Source: Tubulanus polymorphus
Taxonomy: Eukaryota > Animalia > Nemertea
Direction: 5' to 3'
Length of the DNA stretch: 64,000 nt
Assembly: GCF_964204645.1 (NCBI RefSeq)
Contig: NC_134034.1
Coordinates: 9,560,962-9,624,961, forward strand
The position numbers and the translations under genes were made by a program. The notes under the pieces are model-generated. The model made no database searches. It worked only from the letters and a program-made list of their open reading frames with translations, and was not told the DNA's origin. Below, one piece after another: positions 1-64,000 of this stretch; the first letter of the stretch is position 1; each line of letters starts with the position of its first letter.

Positions 1-949
1 CGCGATAAGATCTTGGTTAGGTCTACAGGCGAGTATTCGGTTTAACGGTCCGATGCAATGAACCTAATGAGCTACCGTAACCACCATTATCATCATCTTC
101 CGAAATCCGAATTGTTTGATTCCTGTATAAAGCGCCGCACCCAAAGCGAAATATCCCGTACCGAATTGCAAAATGTTCGGTACAACGCCACGAAGACGCA
201 AGCTCGGCAATAAGCTAATATCTATTTTTTGTTTAATATACGATTATAATATAGTTTTGTATGTAATATGGGTTTACGATGCGTATAATAATTATATATA
301 TATATTTATTCATTCATATATCGTAGTTAAATTCAATTCAATCGTAACAAGTTTATTTTCTATTTACAAAACGGAGAAGAATGTGTAAACCTGAGGCGTT
401 GAACCCCCGGAAGAAACGAGCGCGACTGTTCTCGAAGACCGCGCGAACGTATAATCGGAAAAGTGGTCGATGTAATCATTTTCGGACTCAACGCCGGACT
501 GAAATCCGCGCGTCGAAGAACAAATCCGATCGTTCGTCGACCACGAACGATTGAGCGAGATCCGATTCCGAGACTAAATTTCCAATTATTTTCGACGCCG
601 TCTTTTTTTTTTTAATGAAAAAAAAAAAATGAACGACGACGACGAATTCACGCGCGTAGCTACGTGGAATATTTCGAACGACTGTCCGCGCGACGAAGAA
701 AAACCTCCCCCAAAAAAATAGCGCGTCGCATTATACGAAGCGTTCTTCACGAAATCATAATAATAATCATGATAATAATAATAATCATAATCATAATCAA
801 CTTGTATTTTTTAAGATCCCTGCATTTCGAAGTAATCGATGCTTCACGAATAAGACACCAGGCGTCACCACAGACACAGTCTCACGTCGGCTAGACGCGG
901 GAAGCATAGTTCGCGAATACATCTATCACGCAATATATTCATATTTTCT

Positions 950-3900
950 AAGACCTGATTCCGTTTTTATTTTAAATAGGGCGCGACAAAAAATGTTAGC
1001 CGTAAACCGACCAATCGCGTTATCAGCATTTAGTATCACATGACCCGAGGTTTGTTTTTCATATCATCGTACTTTTTTTGAATAATAATATTTAACATTT
1101 CTATTTCGTTTATCAATAATAATCGTAATAATAATAATAATAATAATAGTCGTAGTACGGTAGATTAAGCTTAAGTCAACTCTGATCATGTCAGAATACA
1201 CCGTTTATCTCACAGATCACCGTTTAACTCAAGAGATAACCGTTTAACTCAAGAGATAACCGCTTAACTCAAGAGATAACCGTTTAACTCAAGAGATAAC
1301 CGTTTAACTCAAGAGATAACAGTTTAACTCAAGAGATAACCGTTTAACTCAAGAGATAACCGTTTAACTCAAGAGATAACCGTTTAACTCAAGAGATAAC
1401 CGTTTAACTCAAGAGATAACCGTTTAACTCAAGAGATAACCATTTAACTCAAGAGATAACCGTTTAACTCAAGAGATAACTGTTTAACTCAAGAGATAAC
1501 CGTTTAACTCAAGAGATAACCGTTTAACTCAAGAGATAACCGTTTAACTCAAGAGATAACGGCTTAACTCAAGAGATGACTGTTCAACTCTAGAGATAAC
1601 TGTTTAACTCAAGAGATAACCGTTTAACTCAAGAGATAACCGCTTAACTCAAGAGATAAAAGTTCAACTCAAGAGATAACCATTTAACTCAAGAGATAAC
1701 CGTTTAACTCAAGAGATAAAAGTTTAACTCAAGAGATAACCGTTGAACTCAAGAGATAACTGCTTAACTCAAGAGATAACCGTTTAACTCAAGAGATAAC
1801 TGCTTAACTCAAGAGATAACTGTTTAACTGAAGAGATAACCGTTTAACTCCAGAGATAACCGTTTAACTCAAGAGATAACCGCTTAACTCAAGATATTTT
1901 CATGGTCGTGAAAGACCCGACTCGAGCGAATTCTACCGTGCACGGCAATTTTCATCAACGAAACTTGGAATCACGATCGACTGCTTACTACAATCACCTT
2001 CTTCTATTTCATTACAACAACATTTAATCATCATTAATTATCATTTCATCAATTATAACTACCAGTTATATTTTCGCTACTACGAATACAATCAATTAAT
2101 CAATTATCCCGAAAAAGATTCACCGACCCTCACCCGAAAATACGATACAACAATTTCACTACCAACTAACATTTTACACGTTAAATCTATTTACAAAGTA
2201 TCATTCATCATATTATTATTTTTCGCAAACGAATCCGTCTGGGTTAGATAGCGGTTATCATTTTCGAATTTCAAATCGATCCATCTGTCTGTCCGCGACA
2301 GATGCGGCGTACAAGACGACGCGCGGCTGTAATTACGAACAACGCCCCCTAGCAAGTCGACTGAGCGTTAAAACGAAGGGTTAATATCGTAACGCTAACA
2401 GAAAATTCACCCGCGGCGGTAAAAACAACGTCCAAAAATATTGTCTTATTAGTTAATCAATAAATTCAATCCTGATAGTAACGATTAGCATAGTAACTAA
2501 TTACACAATCAATTAACTAATTAGTCTATTAACAATGCACGTGCGACTAGGCATATTCCGACAAGTCTTCTAAGTTACTTCACCTACAGAGGATAATAGC
2601 GTCCACGGCAATGAAAGGGTTAATTGATAAGATCAATATACATATTTACTGTATATGCGCGCGCATATATATATTTATATGTATCTATACGTTTTTAGTC
2701 AAAATGACTCGGTGCGTTTATAAAACAATAACGAATGGCCACGAATAACATCAACAGTTTCTAGTTAGTCCTTCTCGTTGAATATAGATGGCATGGTTAA
2801 GTATATATCATAGATTGTTTGTTTTTTGAGACAGTTTTTTTAATGCGGCACGAAACGGGCCAATCGACCGGCTCGAAATACACGTAGTAGTAGTAATTTG
2901 CATAAATCTGTACACGCTAGTAAATTCGACTTAAAAACAATATAATCTTACAGCGCAAAGCCAGTAATAAACCGAGCTCAGAATCGAGAACTGCGGAACT
3001 GGATTTTTGTTATCTATCTCGGTAGTATGTTATCATTATCATCATCATCATCGTTACATCATATATTGTTAATAATAATAATATTTTTAAAAATGAGAGT
3101 CCAAACTTTTCGATCGGCGACGACAAAAAATAAACACGTCGCTGCGAATATATTACGTCGTATAAAAGAGTCTTTTCTTCCCAGGAGAAAACGATTAATT
3201 ATAATAATAATAATAATAATTTAATAATAAACGATATTAATTAATATTTTGGTGTGTGTAGAGCGAGAGAGAAAGAGACATTTATCATAGGTTATCGTTA
3301 TTATTTTTAACTTCTAAAAATGATACTACTTCGATGACGACTGGCCAGCTGCGGTCAGACTTTTTCATTTAAATGCACGTTAACACTTTTATCAGATATA
3401 TTCGTTTTAAATTCATCTAAAAATTTGGCGTTGTACTAAAAACCAATCGAACAACTAATAAAAATAATAATAATAATAACAATGATAATAACTACGATTA
3501 TTAATAATACGTTATTTACTTAATGGACAAAAATATCGGTCATCTATCTTAGCAACGCTATTCATGTACAACTACTTATAACGACTTAAGGCGCGACATT
3601 CGAAAGCCATCTCGGTTAAATTTCATTCTATTCGTTTCTAAGATACAATTTTAAAAATGGCGAAAAAGTTTTTGAGCGCAAAAAAACTTATTATGTGGAG
3701 GTTACACGCGTGATAGTAGTGGTTAGTATGACCGCGGGTGAATTTACGAAAGTCTAGTTACGATCGAAACCCTTCGTCGTTCGGCGATAACGTTTGTGAT
3801 AAATCGTCAAGTATTTCGACGGAGCCAGAATACGGTACTGGCGCCACTGGATGATCGAGAGACAGTACGAGTACATACCGCCAGATGGCGTGACTAGCAG

Positions 3901-5377
3901 TCAGTTTTGATTTGGTCTAAATAAGTTTGTTTTAAATTTTTCGACTTTGAACTGGATTTCTGAACTGCCGTATCCAAATATTATCTCGCTTACTCAGAAA
4001 AAAAAATATATCGGAGTTACTAATCCCTCGATTTTGAACTTCGCAGAAAAGTCGAAGCGACAGATCCAGGAATGCATCGCTCGCGAACATCGCGACCACC
4101 AGGAACGCATTGCTCAGAATAACAGCCACGAATCGGTCGATTTTAAAATCGACTAGTCACCTTGCGTCGCGTTTTAAGATTCGAGTTTTTGCGAAAAGCG
4201 TTCGTTTCATTATTCACGTTTTTAAAAACATTGCATATTATTTCAACAGACAAAGACAGTTTTCGTCGAGTCGGACGAAATAATCTTACCCCCGCGCGCG
4301 CCGTTAAAATCAAAAACATCAAACCCAGCGAGAAGAATTAAATCGTTAGTTTTTGTTTTAAAACGAGAAGAAAAGAAAATTGTCATTCTCAACTCGTACG
4401 CCCGGTATTCGCGGATTCTAAAGTTCAATTCCGAGATGTTGAACTTTATCAAACCGAATACTCTATTTTGTGACTTTTACGACAAAAGCGGAAATTTTCG
4501 TTTCATCATTTTTCGCGACCGAATATGTTTCGATATTCCGAAAAACGGTGAAAATCGAAAAAAAAACTTCGGCCAATCCCTGAAAATTCACGTCGCGCCG
4601 GGCGGTCCGGTCAGCGGGGTCAGGCGTACCGTGCTCAAATAATCAGTGTACATCGACGACACGTGAAAGAAAAAACAAATTCTCAAATTTTCATCATCGG
4701 AAAAAATCAACGATCGACGAGGTCGCGAATAAAACAAACTCAACAAAAAGAGAAACGAATCGAAATTCCTCGCGCGGCTGAAGCCGAGCATTTCGGCGGC
4801 ATCGCCGATCTTTCGACGTATTCCTGAAAAAAATGAACCTAACAACGCGGGGGAATCTTAATTCTACGATTCGCGAATAATCGACTATTACTCGCGTTTT
4901 ATGTACACAGTTTTTTCATCATCATCATCATCGTTTTTAATAACATAATTTTCGCATTTCGAAAAAATGTCGTTTACGTCGGCTTTCGGCGGACGCGTCG
5001 TCCGTGATAACTTCTCTCTCGCTCTGTGAATTTCGCGAGCACGGCGTTAAGTTTCCATCACGAATCTCGCTCGTTGCGGTTTCGTATTTTTCTCACATTT
5101 CTTCTTCTCGCGAACGGCTCCCTCTATTTTTGATATCTTGCATGCCTCCGAAATCAGGGAGTACCAGATTACTACTACTGTTGCTGCTGCTGTACGAGCG
5201 AGAGAGAGAGAGAACTGATCTTCGTGAAGTTGTTGTTGTTGTTTATCGTGGTGTAAATCATTTTTTTTATATACGTGTATTCTCATTCACAAGTTTATAT
5301 TTCGGAGGACTTCACTATACGCACACCTGCACATCCGGTCTCTTCTTGCGAATACAATATTCTATAATACAATGGAA

Positions 5378-5378
<1 letters not shown>
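950..5378 (-). other. shep: Terminal exon and long 3' UTR (3' end uncertain)
   Basis: Strong acceptor cctttttt ctcttccgcag|A at 5379/5378 completes TAA. The sense strand is U- and UAU-rich. First AATAAA I found is at 971-966, others at 357-352 and 310-305; ATTAAA variants occur earlier. Confidence 0.55.
1200..1895. repeat. 20-bp tandem minisatellite, about 34 copies (cgtttaactcaagagataac)
   Basis: Directly visible, exact 20-bp period. Confidence 0.97.
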
Positions 5379-61683
<56,305 letters not shown>

Positions 61684-64000
61684 ACTCCACAGAGAGAAAC
61701 GCCGTCGTGGTGTGTGTGCGCGCGGAGATAGATAGAGAACGGGGAGAGTTGCGAACACACTGGTGCAGTGTGAGCTCTTCGTACTAATAATGAATCACTA
61801 ACCGTGTGTGTGTGTGTGTGTCGAGTATGCAGTGTACCGGAGTCAGCTAGTGACATCTGCAGGCCGTTAGACGCACTAATTACGCTTCGCACGACTATTG
61901 TTCCCATCAGGCGCTGTGTGTGTGTGTGTACAAAGGGTTTAAAGCCCTGGAAGCTAGGGGATTAAAAGGTGGCCCCAAACACCTATACAATCTCTATGTT
62001 TCCGCCAGTGAAGAGAAAGTCTTTTGCAAACATTTCTCTCTCTGAGAGGGACGTTCTATAAATGAAATTTCCTTTTATTTCTAACCGGCCGAAGAAAGAG
62101 TTTCCAGTTGTGTTGTTGGAATTGATGGCAATTGTTGTTTCATAAATAAAGAATCGTTAATATAAGTTTAAACCTGCTGTACATAGCAAATTTAAATGAA
62201 TGAAAGGGAATTTTATTTTTCAAAATTTACAACATTTCGGGATGTCGATCGAGACAATGGATCGTCAGAGGTGCGATGAGGATCAGTGGTTTTTGGAAGT
62301 GCAGCGACCTAATTTACTGAATGACGTTTTGTTTCTCTGAATATCGATGTTTTTGTCGAAATTGAAGTAATTTCGCTAGAATTAATTATTAGAACCTGTA
62401 AAAAATCGGCAATTGGCCGCGCCGATTGAAAATTGCTTCCAAAGCCCCTGATGATCTCTAGTGAGAGAGTACGAAACGTTGAGTTGGTTGATTATAATTT
62501 TTGATAAACAAAATCCGCTTTCAATCTTTTAAATTATGTATAAATAGTAGGTTTATAAACTTATCAATTCTCCACATAGAGTGTTTTCGGCGCTAATCTA
62601 CCGAACGATCGTTGCTTTCAGCAATTATCCTAACTTAAGATAAAATCGCTAATTAGATAGCTTAAGGTTAATGCTCAACTTCACCTTCAGCTCGAAAGAA
62701 ACTTAAATAAAAAAGTATGGGACACTAAAAAAATCCTATCAATAAACTTAAAAGATCGAAGGTATTGCCATCCCTATACGATATCAAGATCATTAGACAT
62801 TCAGGCCACGCCAAAACCCCTATAACACTCAAACGTCACAGTTTGCAAAGCAATTTCATCCATCAATTTGCGCCATTGAAAGTAATTACTGGCTGTGCAG
62901 GCCAGCATTGTATTCTAGAAAGTTAGTACTACAGCACAAAGACCCAACATGAGCCAAGTGACTAACAAAGAAACATAATTAGGCCTGGTATTGTTGGCAA
63001 TGAAATGGCTTAATTACACCACAGGGCAATTAGTGGTCCATGTGCCAGTCAGCCAGTCCAAACAATAGCCCTCAAACTATGAACATAAATTACCGAATAA
63101 ACTACAACCCAGCAATTCCAAACAGTGTTTCTAACACACTTTGATGTTGTGTCATATTGTTGTAAATTATACTGTGAAAATATACAAAGCAGAAAAAAAT
63201 ACAAGCTAGAGTTAACATTGTTGATAGAAAACGTGCACCCAGGTGGCCCAACTCTCTGCCAGACCCCCACATTGCATGGGCCCAGAGACCTAAATGCATG
63301 TAAGGGAGAATTACAAACCAAACAAACATTTCACAGATGATTAATCAAATAAATGTCATTAATATCATTTACGTTTATTTCATAATTAGCGGTCGAAAGA
63401 TTTAATGCCTCTTAATGAGGAGGGAGGGGTACAAACCCCCTTATCCGGAAAAATCATTTTTTAGTCTTTTATTGCGCGTTATTCTGAGCCTAAAGTTCTC
63501 ACAAGTTTGTCTCGCGTCTAAACTTATACCAATTCAAGATTTCAAGACGAAATTCTGATTCATATATTAATGATCAAAAATTGAAATCGATATTCGTATC
63601 AAAATTGAAAAAAATTTTACCAAAATTTAAGGAATCTATCAAAATCTAAATGATACCGAACTCTTGGAATCAGGCGTTTCGTACTGTCAATATTTCTCTA
63701 AGGTCCTGAACTCGTCATGACTGTTATTTCTGAGCCAAAATTGAGGCACTCAAAAATGTAGCGCCCCGTTTGCATTTCATCAAGCGCATGCATTTCAACT
63801 GAAACCCGAACCCTCCAGAACCAGCAATGAACTATGACACGCGATAAATACCGATTCGAAATAGCGACCAATTTTTTCGAATTTCTTGAATTCCACAACC
63901 GCGGCGGCGGCGATATCGGAAAGGAAATAACCCGGTTCATATTTCAAACGCGCTTTCAATTCGTGTAGAAAAAAAATGCACCGTTCAAATAAAACTGCGG

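Noticed and set aside
63049-63340. ORFs or a possible upstream exon near the window end
   Set aside because: An acceptor-like site exists near 63290, but there is no good donor and no homology to support a feature call

Overview
Animal (bilaterian invertebrate-like) genomic DNA, AT-rich and repeat-laden; not prokaryotic. Nearly the whole window is one minus-strand gene of the RBMS1/2/3 - Drosophila alan shepard (shep) - C. elegans sup-26 family (two-RRM RNA-binding protein). I hand-assembled an 11-exon model with GT-AG boundaries and consistent phases: 61504-61581 (or -61683), 45492-45688, 27701-27759, 21433-21524, 12737-12956, 12560-12648, 12028-12071, 11437-11584, 8343-8477, 6291-6421 and a terminal exon starting at 5378. 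It gives about 397 aa (431 aa from the upstream ATG), and the stop codon is split by the last intron. A 3' UTR of several kb probably follows. The introns contain TTAA/piggyBac-type MITEs, a second MITE nested in a dispersed repeat, a 5'-truncated LINE, a tRNA-like element, about 12 minisatellite families and GA/TA microsatellites. The most interesting signals are splicing-related (tandem in-frame donors in the inter-RRM linker, candidate poison or alternative terminal exons, inverted repeats flanking an in-frame exon 2-4 block), plus one tRNA-like 77-bp satellite and one 77-bp repeat carrying CTCF-like motifs. I found no evidence for a new multi-gene system; all regulatory ideas are hypotheses. 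Coordinates were counted by hand, and repeat boundaries and copy numbers are approximate.
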